From: Laetmonice hystrix
Lineage: Eukaryota
Reading direction: 5' to 3'
Length of the DNA: 64,000 nt
NCBI GenBank assembly: GCA_965235115.1
Contig: OZ249445.1
Span: 3,348,001 to 3,412,000 of the forward strand
The notes beneath the pieces are model-generated. The model saw only the letters and a program-made list of their open reading frames with translations, did no database searches and was not told where the DNA came from. Position numbers and translations under genes: made by a program. Positions 50,301 through 63,142 of this stretch are shown here, in pieces (position 1 is the first letter of the stretch; every line of letters begins with the position of its first letter).

Positions 50301-51579
50301 GAAACAAGGCAATGTAGATTAGTTTATTCATCATTACAGATAGGGTGAGCGTTGGTTGTTGGCTGACGGGCCTTCAGGCTGAGAGATGATACCCTAACCC
50401 CCTCCCATCAACACCACTCAGCGTTCATCATTCCCACATTCTCTCTCTCCTGTCTCCTCCCTCCTTCCTACTGGAGACAGTGTACCATTGCATTTACTTC
50501 CCCAATCCACCACTAGAGTGCGCTGCTGCTGCTGCTATCAGTCAAAAAGTAGCGGCTGTACCTGGAGTGGAGCAGTAACCCCCTCCACCCCCACTCCCCC
50601 AACTCGGGGGTTTCCTCAAGCTGACTGATGACCCCATGTCAAGTGCTGCTAACAGGCTTGGAATCAAAGCAGCCCCACCTCCACATTATTGTCTAAAATT
50701 AACACCAGGTCGGCTAGGCGGCTGTTGTTGGCGACGACGTGGAGGATGACGGCGGCGGTCTCCAGTTGCCCGCCTTCCTCCGGTCGCTGGTTCACCTGCC
50801 AGGTGGGAAGTTGTTGGGGTCTGGTGGCCACACCTGGCCACACTACCACGCTGCTTCCACTGCCTCCACGGCGGGCGGGCGGGCCCTGGTCCGGGTGTGG
50901 GGGAGACGGCAGCCGCCGCTCGGTATCAGCAGCACGCCTCATTCCCGTCTACTGGAGGAACTCCTGCCGAGCTCGGGACAAGGGGCCAACGTTTGGGACA
51001 GGGGGCAGTGAGTGGGACAAGGGGGGCCGCGGGTAGAGCGGTATTTCACGGTCGTCATAAATCAGAACCCCTGCTAGATGTGTTTGGATGGCAGAGATAA
51101 TATTTTTATGATGCATCAGTTGGGTTCTGGCGGGGAATCTTCAAAGATGAGTTGGCATGCTGGTTGTGACTGGAGCGGCTGGGTTAGGACTTGTAGGTGG
51201 TTGTCTCCGCCCCAGCCTTCTCTCTGCCCCCTCCCCCAGCTCCCACCCTACACCCAGCGACCTGCTGGACTTGGAATCAACCCACCTTGCACCCTACCAA
51301 CCCGCCACTCCACCATGACCAACATCTGTGAGGTATTCATCATCATGGCCGCCCACCGCTGCATTAACTGGCTTTAGGTCCAACGAAAAAAAGGAACCTC
51401 TGCTGGTCTGATGGTGACCAGAAACTGAGGTATGAGGTGGCACACCATGGCTTGATAATACAGACAAAAAGATCCATGTTCATAACTGATCTAAACACGA
51501 GGAAGTTTGTCATCCGGCATGTTGGTGGTTGTTAACACTACCCCCATTAAAAAACCGGCTCTCTCAATGATTGGAAATT

Positions 51580-51983
51580 GAGCAGGTTTGTCATACAGCC
51601 TGGGAACCCACTGGTAATGGAAAGTGAGCAGGTTTGTCATACAGCCTGGGATTGCTACTGTATGGCGGCACCCACTGGTAATGGAAAGTGAGCAGGTTTG
51701 TCATACAGCCTGGGATTGCTACTGTATGGCGGCACCCACTGGTAATGGAAAGTGAGCAGGTTTGTCATACAGCCTGGGATTGCTACTGTATGGCGGCACC
51801 CACTGGTAATGGAAAGTGAGCGGGTTTGTCATACAGCCTGGGATTGCTACTGTATGACGGCACCCACTGGTAATGGAAAGTGAGCAGGTTTGTCATACAG
51901 CCTGGGATTGCTACTGTATGACGGCACCCACTGGTAATGGAAAGTGAGCGGGTTTGTCATACAGCCTGGGATTGCTACTGTAT
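51580..51983. repeat. Minisatellite, 64-bp unit, ~6 copies
   Basis: GAGCAGGTTTGTCATACAGCCTGGGATTGCTACTGTATGGCGGCACCCACTGGTAATGGAAAGT. The first copy has an internal deletion. Confidence 0.95.
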
Positions 51984-52042
51984 TTCTCGCGGCCTCTTTC
52001 ATGCCGGCACTTCCGGTTTGAGTCGCCAGCCGAGATCGGACA

Positions 52043-52130
52043 GTTGCAGGTCGCGATGTACTGGTTGCAGGTCGCGATGTCGGTCAGTGGCAGGTCGCGA
52101 TCCACCGGTTGCAGGTCGTGGCAGGATCGC
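52043..52130. repeat. Short degenerate repeat of TGCAGGTCGCGAT, ~5 copies
   Basis: GTTGCAGGTCGCGAT-like cores separated by short variable linkers. Confidence 0.75.
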
Positions 52131-54608
52131 AGACAATCTCCAATCTGTGGATGGTGAGACCCCGACCTGCTGAGAAGAGGTATGTGAGGAGCGCTGTTGT
52201 CAGCAAATGAAACTTCTTGTCAGCAGAAGTAGGCGGGAGAGATAAGAGTTTGGGGTGGGGTGGAGATGGCCACGATCCAGACCAGCTCCAGTGGTGACTC
52301 AGGTAGATATCATTTGGTGGGGATAACCCCCAATGGACACCAAGAGTATGCATGATTTGATGGAAACTTTTACACTAAATGCTACCATTGTCCTTTGGTT
52401 TCAAGCCAGCTGACTGAACGCCTATTAGTCTAATCAAATTCGTCCCCACAACACGTTGCAAGGTGTAAACATTGAGGAGGTTGGAGAGGAGAGTACCTTG
52501 GTCAGATGGTTGTCTTTGTTTTATGGCTGCACCCCCAGTGGAGCCTGACCTCACTGGTGGCTGCCAAGAATAGCCCTGGCCTGGCGGTTGTCTTCAGGAG
52601 GTTGGTTGAGAGTGGGGAGTCGGCAGCAGGCCCACTGAGTGCGTCCAGCCAGCTCCTGCTGGAGTCCAGCCGCTCACAGCCCCCGCCCGCCCGCCACCAC
52701 TCCACCACTCAGACCCGGCCGCCCGGTGTACTGTATCGCCTTTGTTCCGGGAGGCTGTAATTGCTAGTGACAACAGGGTTAGAGACCAAAGTAACTGAGC
52801 GCTCGATGGCAGCGGTGCTACTGACAACGGTTCCGAGGAAACGGGTCAAAAGCACCTGCCTCACAAATCAACGACCTCTACCTGGGTTCAGATGCCTTAT
52901 TCCCAGGGCTGTCAGGTATAGAAATAAAGGTGAATAATTAAATACTAGATTCAATATATAAATGCTTTTTGGTGTGTATGTGTTGAGATGGGTAATGGGA
53001 TTGGAAAAAGATGCCTGGGTAGCTATTGGAGATTAATCTTGTTAATCTGGCATAAATATTGGTATATCTGTCAGGCCAGGAACCTCCACCTGTGTTTATA
53101 ATTGCCTATGAGAAGTCGGAGGCTGAGTGGGGAAGAGGAGGATAGACGGGGGGCGGCATGAAAAACGTGCCACAAGATGGAGTGTTCTCCACCACATCTG
53201 TCAGGGGGTTCTCTCCCTCCTCCTCCCCCCCCCCCCCCGCGCTCCATCCCCGGCTCCCTCCACAGATAAGACAATTGAATCGTGTCACAAGTATTGTAAA
53301 GATTACCACTGAGACATGGATGAACCATGTATATGACCTTTGACCGTGTTAATCTCACCCCTAGGTGTTTTGGGGCGCGGTACTATTAGTTTTGAAAGTT
53401 ACCAGTTGAAATAATTCCGATTGGTATGTGATGAGGAAGAGTTAAGAGGTATGGCACACTGGAACAGCTGCCTTTTGTGCCGGGTGTTGGTATAGGAGCT
53501 AAGCAGCATAATTGGGATGCTGTGGAGGAAAGTTCAGTGCTTGGCGCTGCGTGTGCCCTGGCCAAACTATGGCTCGCCTGGCTTATGTTAATTCCAATTT
53601 CCCCTACCGGCATAAGTTGAAAAATATGTATCAAAGTTCAACAGATGTGCACTTGTATTGCCAAACTTATCAGAAAGTGGTGTTGCCAGCAATAGTGCCA
53701 CAGCCTGGCCCTCCTCGCCCCCTCCCTCCCCCGGCTACCTTTGGCAACTGTAACTGTGTCAGTCCCTAGCACCTCTGCGACCCTGTCTAATACAACACAA
53801 GTACAGTTTTTCATTGTTGTCTATAGTTTTTGCCGATGTAGCCATTATTTAGTGTAGATATGTGATGAGGTGTGGCGGGGGATGAGGTGGGGATGAGGTG
53901 AGTGAGGCTGGCAGGAGATGAGGTGCCAGGGGTGGGGCGAGGTGGATGTGTAGTGATACGCCTACAGGAGGGCTGTTTATTAGACAGGATCAGGGAGGGG
54001 TGCACGAGATAATTCTTCTCCTGTCTTTGTGGCACAGCTCGGGGCCCTCCTAGCCCCCTACACAAATAGCTCCCGAGCTGTGGCCGTGGCTGTGACCGTG
54101 GCTGATGCAGGGACCCCCCGCCACCCTCCGGTCGGTCTGCGGCCGGCGGGACCAGATGAACTGGTCAGAGACGGTGTTATTGTATGGGATCCTGAGGCCT
54201 GCCCGCCCCGCACCGCCCACCTCCCGACTCATCCCTTCACCAAGTCACCGGTAGGTGCGGTGGTAGCGGCCGGTCGTCCCCTCCAGTAACGTCCACCGGG
54301 CAGTGGCGGCAAGTTAGAATGTAACTTGTGGCTAATGGAGCACTGGCAAGCGAGCCACTGCCGTCACTCGGTGATTGAAAGGCTATTACTTTATGCAATA
54401 ATGTGAAGATGGCCAGAATGGCGTGTAAGAATGGAGAGTCCCCTTTGACCGTCACTAATGTAGCAAATAAAAACTGATGCAGGAGCCTGGGGAGGGCGAT
54501 GGGCAAGCCCTGGGGATGGCCGTGAGAGCCTTCCAGAGTGACATTGTCTCTCTCCTCCTGTACCATACACACCGGAGCTGACTCCTGAGGTCAGCCGGCG
54601 ACCCACAG

Positions 54609-54677
54609 ATGTTGAATTACAAAGCCAATAAAGTGCTGATGGCTGGTGACATTGTGGCTTGCAAGGGTCCCTTTTTG
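54609..54677 (+). other. Candidate 69-nt exon MLNYKANKVLMAGDIVACKGPFL
   Basis: CCCACAG|ATG at the start and TTG|GTGAGT at the end, with only one open frame. No homology recognised. Confidence 0.15.
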
Positions 54678-55419
54678 GTGAGTCTCAGACAGCAACTGAG
54701 AAAGAAAAATTGTTTGAAGACGATGCAGCGTCATTGCTGTTGTCTGTTGCAGGCCTCTGAGAAAAAGAGGGCGGGGCCTGTGAGATGCGGCAAAGGAAGG
54801 CAGTGTTGGGGGTGATTGATGACAAGTACTATTGGAGCGGGACTCGGGGTGGCTGCCTTTTAAATATCATGGCGCGCGTGCGTGGCGCCGCGGTGTTCCG
54901 TGCGGACAGTAGGAGTTGTGAGTGAGACAGGGCAGCGAGCGGCAGGGTCGGAACCACTCACAGGAGGAGGAGGGGCAGGCACTGACCTCCACAAACACAC
55001 CTCCACTCACACACACACCCATCCACGCACCTACTCACACAGCCGCCGGCCAACTGCCCAGCCGCCCCACTCCTGACTTCAAACTTCACCAGGTACAGGG
55101 ACAACAACACAACACCCAACTACAACAGCATCTCACCCTCACTCAGCACACACACTGATACTTACAGGAGGGAGAACTAACACTGCCTGGAGGAAAAGTT
55201 TGGACATGAGGTCTACCTGGATACTATGTACGCCGACCATTGTCCAGTAAGGAGAACTCTGACTGGAAGAGAACAATAGACTTGAGAAGGAAGCGGAGGC
55301 AGCACACTGACTGCAGCTCGGACCGGTGAAGCAGATTACACAGTCACAGGAGCAACGTTTAACACCACATGGTTAGTCTTGGCATTTCCTGCATGCATTG
55401 ACTTCTCCCCCCTGTTGTT

Positions 55420-55600
55420 TCCTAATGAGTTCCAGAGGTCTAACAGACATGGGCACATGTTGGTGTGAGTGCTGGAGAACTAGGCCAGCGTCAGCGCCGG
55501 TTTGGCGGCGGGGTGAGGGGTATAAAAGAAACAATGCAAATGTGTCCTCATACAGACCCATTGTCCATGGAGAAGTACTCGGAGAATCTGGTAGGGAAGA
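55420..55600 (+). mobile_element. Highly degraded LINE (CR1/L2-like) ORF2 fragment just upstream of the RT core
   Basis: The translation WRT..A..PVWRRGE...NANVSSYRPI followed by (G)EVL/ENLV after a 1-nt shift resembles the non-LTR ORF2 motif WK.A.V.PI.KKGD....NYRPISL....KVLE.LV. Judged by eye only. Confidence 0.45.
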
Positions 55601-58600
55601 ATTTCCAATTGAAGCGGACAGACCATTGTGTATCAGCCCGGGTGTTCTCAATTCTCTGACCCACGTCGTGTATTGATCAGAGTGCATTCCCTTACAGGAC
55701 ACGAATATAGAGAGCTCATTAATATTTAATACCGGGGGTAAGGGGCAACTTCGGGGAACCCTTAGGTTTTATTGAGGGATGAAAAGAAAAAGTTGAGCGA
55801 GCGTACAACCATTGCATTCCGCTACACAGGGAGTTGTCTGTCGGCACGCAGGCCGACGGTCAAGCGGCATTGTTCCGCCTTAATTACACCTTTTGTTGTC
55901 AATATTCGGTATTCATTGGCAGTGCCACAATCATGAGAGCCAATACGGGGAGACTCAATCTAGCAGCGATCTTACAAAGTTTTTGCATGGCATGATGTGG
56001 AGAGATGAGGAGAACAAAGCAAGCGTGCTCCTATTGTGCATGCATTCATGATCGTCCGAGAGGCAGTGACGGTCTGGCCGGCCGACCGGCCGCCGACCGG
56101 CCCACGTCCTGCCCACAGACCCGCACAGACCGACCGACCATGAGCAATAGCAAGCCTTTTGATTAATCTCAGGCCCTTGTTCATTTCGTAGTCTGTTGGC
56201 TCTAGTGCTTTGATGCATTCCATAGCTTTGTTGTCGGTGTTAGGGGTTGAGGACTGAGCTGTCCGGACGGAGCCTCGCTGGATGGGGAGGGTGACGGACA
56301 GAACTCCTGTGGCTTCAGGGGATGGAGAGGGAGGGAGGGGGCTCACTGACACACTCACCCTCCCATCCAACCTGCCCCCAGTCAGCCATCGGCTGGCCGT
56401 CTAATCGAAAGACGACTCCGTTCGTAATCAAACCAGGCTGTCAGCCATACAATAATACACCAGACCAAAAATGTCTAGACTAGACCATCCTTGAACTGCG
56501 GGAGGACAGGACCTTTTAGTGGAGCAGTAATCTGACATTTATTTACCGAGATGTGATCTGTGCCTTTGATGAGAGTCCTTGGAGACGATGGTGAGGCTGG
56601 AGTAGCGTCTTCAGTGGATCGACAGTGGCTGCCAGCACTGCCCGCCTGCTCCACTGGGCTCGTCATCGTCGGTATAATAGACGGGCCGCATGGCCTGGGG
56701 GCTTGACTTGTCCTCACCCGGCCCCGCTCAGGTTAACTAGGTGCAGCAGGGATCCGGAAGTGGTGTCACCGAGTGCACCATGTGAACGGGGTGTGATCTA
56801 ACTGCTGCCACCCAGCGGGCTGTGTGCGGCAGGTGAGGGTAGATCTACCTGCAGGCCGGCCGGCGTTCCTACCTACCGACCTACCTCTCACGGTATATGT
56901 CAGGTGTTGGTTGGTTAGCCATGCTCCCATAGGTCGGCCAACCACATGCTCCTTGCCGCAACACGTGTGGCCACTGAGGAGATGTCGGTTTTCAGGACAT
57001 CCCAGGGCCTCAGCAAAGACCGGCCCTCTCACACACTTCTTGCTCTATTCCATGGCGTCCCGCTTTAAGAACTTGGTTGTTTCCAGTAAAAGAATCTTGT
57101 CATTGTTGAAGGTTTCTTTTGGTACTTATCATGGCAGTATCAGTGATTAAAGTTGTTGCCAAGAGATCGGTATTTTGTAAGATTGGTATTTGTCCAGGTG
57201 ACCTTTGTCCATGCTGGCAACGTTGAGTGGTTGATGCTTACAGTTATAGGAAAGAATAGGAGAGACATTACGAAGTAGACACAAGCAGACCCTAGTAGCG
57301 TACAGACCTGTGTCATTGATTACAGGCCAAACAAACATCTAGATTGTAAAGTTGTCCTTCAGGATATGGCAGCAAGAAGCCTCCAGACATGGAGAAATAT
57401 TGCAGGATAGAAACAGCGGCAGGGCTCTATAGAGACAGGGCTGGGCGCTGCCAAGTTTTCTGCGACCTCCTCAATAAGTGACCTTTGCCCTACAGACGCG
57501 CTGCCTAGGCCAAGACAAAGGCCCGGGGTAGATAGCACAGGATCATCTTCCTATAACAACAGGCCCACAAAGCGTCCCGTAGGTGGGGCATTCCATGTGG
57601 GTGACTACGATTCCATCTGATTGAATGCGGGGGTTGTGACCAATGGTCGACTGGTAGTGGAGGGGAGGCCGGTGCCAGCTCCCGGCGCTGGCTGGAAGGA
57701 CTGGAAGGGCTGGAAGAACTGGAAGGGCTCCCGATTGTTGCACTGTCAGGGTGACGCAGTGCACCCAGGAGCCAAGACGGCAGCAGCCTTTGAACACTCA
57801 ACACAAAGCCACAAAGCTACTGACAATAACAAAAGTTAGTTGCGTCTGATGGCGATGCTTTTGATTGCAACAAGCAGAGCTGTGATCAGTGGCACGGCTC
57901 GTCTTGCATCTACAATAGTTGGTGCCAAGCCTTGTCAGCTCCAAGTGGAAACATGTGGCGATTGTCGTACGGCCGCCAGAGGTCGCGACACGCACTTGGC
58001 CAGGGCCGTCTTGACCAGAGTGAAGATATTATTTCATGTGGTTCGTGTTTGAAGTGGCCGAGCTCATTGCGTCAGACGTCCCTTCAAGTGTGACAAACAA
58101 TGCCAATTACGTACTGAGGCGTATGTGAATAGAAGTCTGGACTCGTACGGCACAACCAGAAAGTGTTGGTATCAGATGAAGATATTATTATAGACGCTAG
58201 CGTTTGTTGTTACGTTTCCAGGACCAGTGACCAAGTGCAGTATCGCTTAGCATTCATACCAACCTTTCTTTTCTACAGAAATATCAATTTATGACATGTT
58301 GAAATGTTTTTGTACCGAAGGAGTCGTGCTGAAGTGTTTTTTCTCTCCGTGTTTACGTTGGCGAAGGTACAGAGGGTTGGGATTGATCATTAGCCGTCGT
58401 AATGACGTGTAAGTCGTCGTAATCTATGGTCGTGGGGTCAGTGTCCACTGACGCCGGTACCTTCTCCCTACCCCCTGACCCCCAGCCTTCAGCCTCTGTG
58501 TGTGTGTGGTTAAAAAGGTGGACGTCTTGTCTCCAACTGCACCTAGCCAACACGATAATTACCCGATAAGTAGCGTTTGACAAAGTCCACCTCTGTGTCG

Positions 58601-59175
58601 GTGAGCTATGAAGGCAGCTGAAATAAACTTCTCACAAAGCCGAGTGGTTTGAAGTTAAAACGGCAGTCGGCATTGACTGGTTGTGAACTTTGTGTTTTAG
58701 TTGGTGGCGTCGTGTTATTTTGATTAGAACATGTGTTTGGCTGCCTTCAGAACAAGGGGCAAAGTTGGGGTGGGTTTGGAGACGACAAGAAGTGGCACAG
58801 AACAGTGACAACCTTTTGGTGGCCAGCTAATGAAGCAGACAGCTCTGCAGATGGCCACAAGAAAGGAACACCCAGCATAGCCTTTAGTCAAGATGAATTA
58901 AAGAAAAACTCTGTGGTCTGCACACTTGAAAGACGTAGCTTTCTGTCACAGTGCCAGTAATAGGCCACGCCCAGCTCCTCTGACTGAAGATCACGGGTAA
59001 CCAACAAAACACGGACAACATGTACCGCCGGCGGGGATTGGTCAAAACTTAGACCGGGGTAGCAGTGTCGTTAGGTCGGTGGTACACGATCAGTGTAGAG
59101 TCAGTTTGTCAATGTAGGGGTGCAGGTTGTTTATACGGTCACGGTAAGGGTAAACACAACATGTTAACAGGGCAC

Positions 59176-59453
59176 GTTCAGGTACAGTGTGGGGAAACCG
59201 TCACATCAGATACACAAATTACATCATTACAGAAACATAGAACACAATAATGCCGTCAGTATAGGCCTTCTATAACATTCCCAGTCAGATAATATCAAAA
59301 CTTTATATGGTTCAGGTACAGTGTGGGGAAACCGTCACACGTACAACACGTCAGATACACAAATTACATCATTACAGAAACATAGAACACAATAATGCCG
59401 TCAGTATAGGCCTTCTATAACATTCCCAGTCAGATAATATCACAACTTTATGT
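59176..59453. repeat. ~134-bp tandem duplication (2 copies; the second has an 11-bp insertion)
   Basis: GTTCAGGTACAGTGTGGGGAAACCGTCACA...CCCAGTCAGATAATATCA starts at 59176 and 59310. Confidence 0.93.
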
Positions 59454-60637
59454 GCACAGTAAGGCGACAACAGTTTATCCAGGCCAGTCTCCAGTATCTT
59501 GCAAAGGCTATAGATTCCATGTGTACTGGCTGGTATCAGGGATCAAGTCATGAACGTTATGGACAGGTTATAGGAACCTAAACACACACAGGGCCTCCTG
59601 ATGGCAGCCTCAATGAGGTACTGTCGTGTTTTTATTGTTTCGATCAAAGTTAGTGGGAAAGGTCAGGTATATATTACGTAGTGTTTCTGGTTTCTGGAAT
59701 GGCCCATTGTTTTCCACTTTAAAAGTTCCTGGTCTCTGTTTGCCCGTGTCAAGGAAGTGATCTACCATAGTAAATTGGTAAGAACGTAGCCAGAAGATTG
59801 ACATCTCGGAAAGAGAATGGGGGAGTGTGTGTAGTTTGTTGGGCATCAATAAAGTTGTATGTGGGAGTGGGACTGTGCTGTCAGCAGACAGACAGCACCA
59901 GGTTATGTTCGCTGAGAGAAGTCTGACAAAGTCTACAGACAGGTTCACGACTGCTATCACGGTGTTTGCCTCGTTTGTCACGTTTGTCACATGTGTTTCC
60001 GGTGCCATAAAGTCCAGAGCTGGCCCGCGTCATCACCAACAAATCCCCTTACGTTTGCCGCCGAGATTTGTGTGAAAATTTCATTTGATACGCGCGCCTC
60101 TGTTATCGCTACGTTCAGCGCTTTTGATCTGTCAGCACGAATTGTCTGAGTGACAGGGGTAGCGGATTGTAGCGGGGCTTGTCGTGACGTCCGTCGGGTT
60201 GCCGGCCAGACCCGCACACTGATTGAGGGAGTAGCTGCCTGCCGTGATATTGCTTTGTTTTCTGGCCGTGTTCTGACACCCATGTGTTTCATCAGACGCC
60301 CTCGTCACAATGAATGTCAGCAGTTGTTGGCGTAAACGATGGAATCGTATGGCCCCTAGGCGCGGACCAGTCGGCGGGCCTGTGATCAGGGCCGACCATC
60401 AGGGCTGTCCGTTTGGTTGGCTACAGTGGCTGGCTGGGCCCGGCCTGGCGCCATTGTTTTAATCACCCGGCTCCCCTTACAACGACCTCCATCAGTTGAG
60501 AGTTGAGTTTCACTCTGATGGTAAACTAGCCGGACTTTTACATAATATGAGCAACGAGTATAGATCGTTGATATGAGGCAGCGGAGGTGGCGGGGGCCAG
60601 AGCGGAAGGAGAGACATGGATACCGGACGGAGGTAAG

Positions 60638-61027
60638 GCGTTCAGACCCGGCCTGGAGCCTAGCGCCTGGAGGAGGCTGGAGGAGGCTGGAGGAGACAGA
60701 GGGGGAGACAGACTGTGAGCGTTCAGACCCGGCCTGGAGCCTAGCGCCTGGAGGAGGCTGGAGGAGACAGAGGGGGAGACAGACTGAGCGTTCAGACCCG
60801 GCCTGGAGCCTAGCGCCTGGGGGAGGCTGGAGGAGGCTGGAGGAGACAGAGGGGGAGACAGACTGTGAGCGTTCAGACCCGGCCTGGAGCCTAGCGCCTG
60901 GAGGAGGCTGGAGAAGGCTGGAGGAGACAGAGGGGGAGACAGACTGTGAGCGTTCAGACCCAGCCTGGAGCCTAGCGCCTGGAGGAGGTTGGAGGAGGCT
61001 GGAGGAGACAGAGGGGGAGGCAGACTG
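60638..61027. repeat. Minisatellite, 81-bp unit (one shorter variant), ~5 copies
   Basis: GCGTTCAGACCCGGCCTGGAGCCTAGCGCCTGGAGGAGGCTGGAGGAGGCTGGAGGAGACAGAGGGGGAGACAGACTGTGA in tandem. Confidence 0.95.
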
Positions 61028-63142
61028 TTAGCATTGTTTACAGACCACACAGATAATACTGCCACCAGGGTTCACTAGAGTCACCTCCTCCACCCCTGAC
61101 CTCAGACCCATGGTCCAGCTATTTCATACGACCGAGGTATGGCTTGGGTTGATTTTGACGACTGAGAATTGTTTGCTGGGTGAGATCGCACCACTGGCCT
61201 GGTGCTCCTGGTCAGTGCTGGTCGTCCGGCTACAGCCCCCCACCCCCACCCCTCCACCCCGGCAGTCGGTCTGCCTGCCTGGTCACTATCTCTCCACCTC
61301 TATTCTAACCCTCTCACCGACACCTCCAGGCGCCTCTCACAGGTCAGTGCCCTCAGAAAACGGACCAAAGTTCTGGGCTGAAACCCACATAGACCGTGGA
61401 GACTGGATGAGGTGGGTGGGTGGTGATTTTTGTTGTTGTCAGTGGAGTAAGTTGTGAGAAAATGACATCAGGAATGTGTCCTGCCAGGGGAAGGGTTAAA
61501 ACAACCATGGCGAGAGTGTCCAGTGTGTCAGAAGAGCCTGGCTGGTCCTGACATTAGCGTCCCTAATGGGTCAGGGGTGGCAGCAGTTGTCAACAGCTCT
61601 CTGAACACATTCCGTTTCTATGGTTACACGAAAGTCACACAGGCAACAAGTGAGGTGATTCCGGTAGAGGGGAGGTTTTTTTCTTCCATGTTTTTTTTTC
61701 TTTAATCGGTTACCCTCTCAAATGACGGCAGTACCTTCACGGTCCCAGTCACTGACTGTGAAGACATTACTGTCGACTAAAGTAGGCTATTGTTTTTGTT
61801 ATGGTACATTTGACAGGGTTGTTGTTGATGGTTGTATGACCACCTTGGGTGATGTTGACGGTTGGGTTTGGAGTCAGGTGGAGGGTGAGGGTTAGAGGGA
61901 CCACCTACAAGTGGACCCTCAGCAGGCTTGGAGCCTACTAATGACGGCCAGACGGCCTGCCAACCCACTGCTGCCGCCACTCAGTATGAGTGAGTGTTCG
62001 TGGATCATTGACAGCCCACACCAGCTGATGATCCAGCGGAAAACCCACCGGTCCCAACGGAAATACAAAACCACCCAAGTATTGTTGTTCACTGCCTTGA
62101 CTGAGGCGTAAACACCAGCCCATTGTCTCCACTCTTGGCACTTGTTTATTTGTGTTTCTCCTGGTAACAGTCGTTTTTCTCCCTCACTCAATCCACCTTT
62201 ACCCCGGCAAACATTCAGGGCCTACTTTGGTCCATATAAGATTTCTGGTGGCATTTGAAGCCTATTGTCTTGGAGCGGTACGCTTGAGATGCCGCCCAGT
62301 GTATTGTTCTGATGCGAGCACACAGAAAGGCACATGATGACGGCCATGTTTAGTAACCAGTGGTAATATTTCAGGGTTTACATGTTTACTCCCAGGAATT
62401 CGCAGTTTGAATATTATGGTTAATTATTAAAATATTTTAATATCTTTAATATCTTATAATAAGAAATATGAAGAAGTGCCGTTCTTTACCACTTTTGTTG
62501 TCAGCAGCTCAGGACTCTGGTACTACGAGTTAGATTCCCCGGATTAGTTGACCGTTCCGGTGTACAAACTGAAAGCGTCCGGCTGTGGAGAGCGTGGTGA
62601 AAACTGATATGTAATGACCAGCTTGGTTACCATGGACATTGACCAGGTCCCAGCGACAGCCCAATAATTCTCCATCCAGCATCTTGCATGGCAATAGCAT
62701 CACCACGACGCGCAAGACGGGGCATGAGCCGGACAATCCCGGCCGTACTCGCCGCCGAGCCGGGCGTACGGGTCTCTGGCACCGGAATGCAGCCCGCTAT
62801 TGTCACAGAAGACAATGCCAATTGTCGGTGCACAGATCCTGGAACCACATTCTTGCACCAGACAATAGAGCCTTGGGAGATGCAGCCAAATATGTTGGCG
62901 AGTGTCACAAAGAGGCAAGTTCAGGCGGCTGGCAAACAGAAAGGATTTCGGTGGCTATTGTTAGGTCAGAAGAAAAGCTACCGTCTTGACTCAAACAGGC
63001 CGAGATTTAATTATTTTTCTCAAAGGTTATAAGTGTGATAAGAATTGGCAGTGATGTGGATTCAGCTGGCTTTTGTAAAGTTCGCGAGAGAATGGGGATG
63101 GTTGAATGAGTGTTGGAAGGCTGGAGTGGCGCTCCTGGTACC

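Noticed and set aside
57620-57650. IECGGCDQW, a PHD-finger-like fragment
   Set aside because: It lacks the following FH..C and the preceding Cys pair, and nearby in-frame stops interrupt it.
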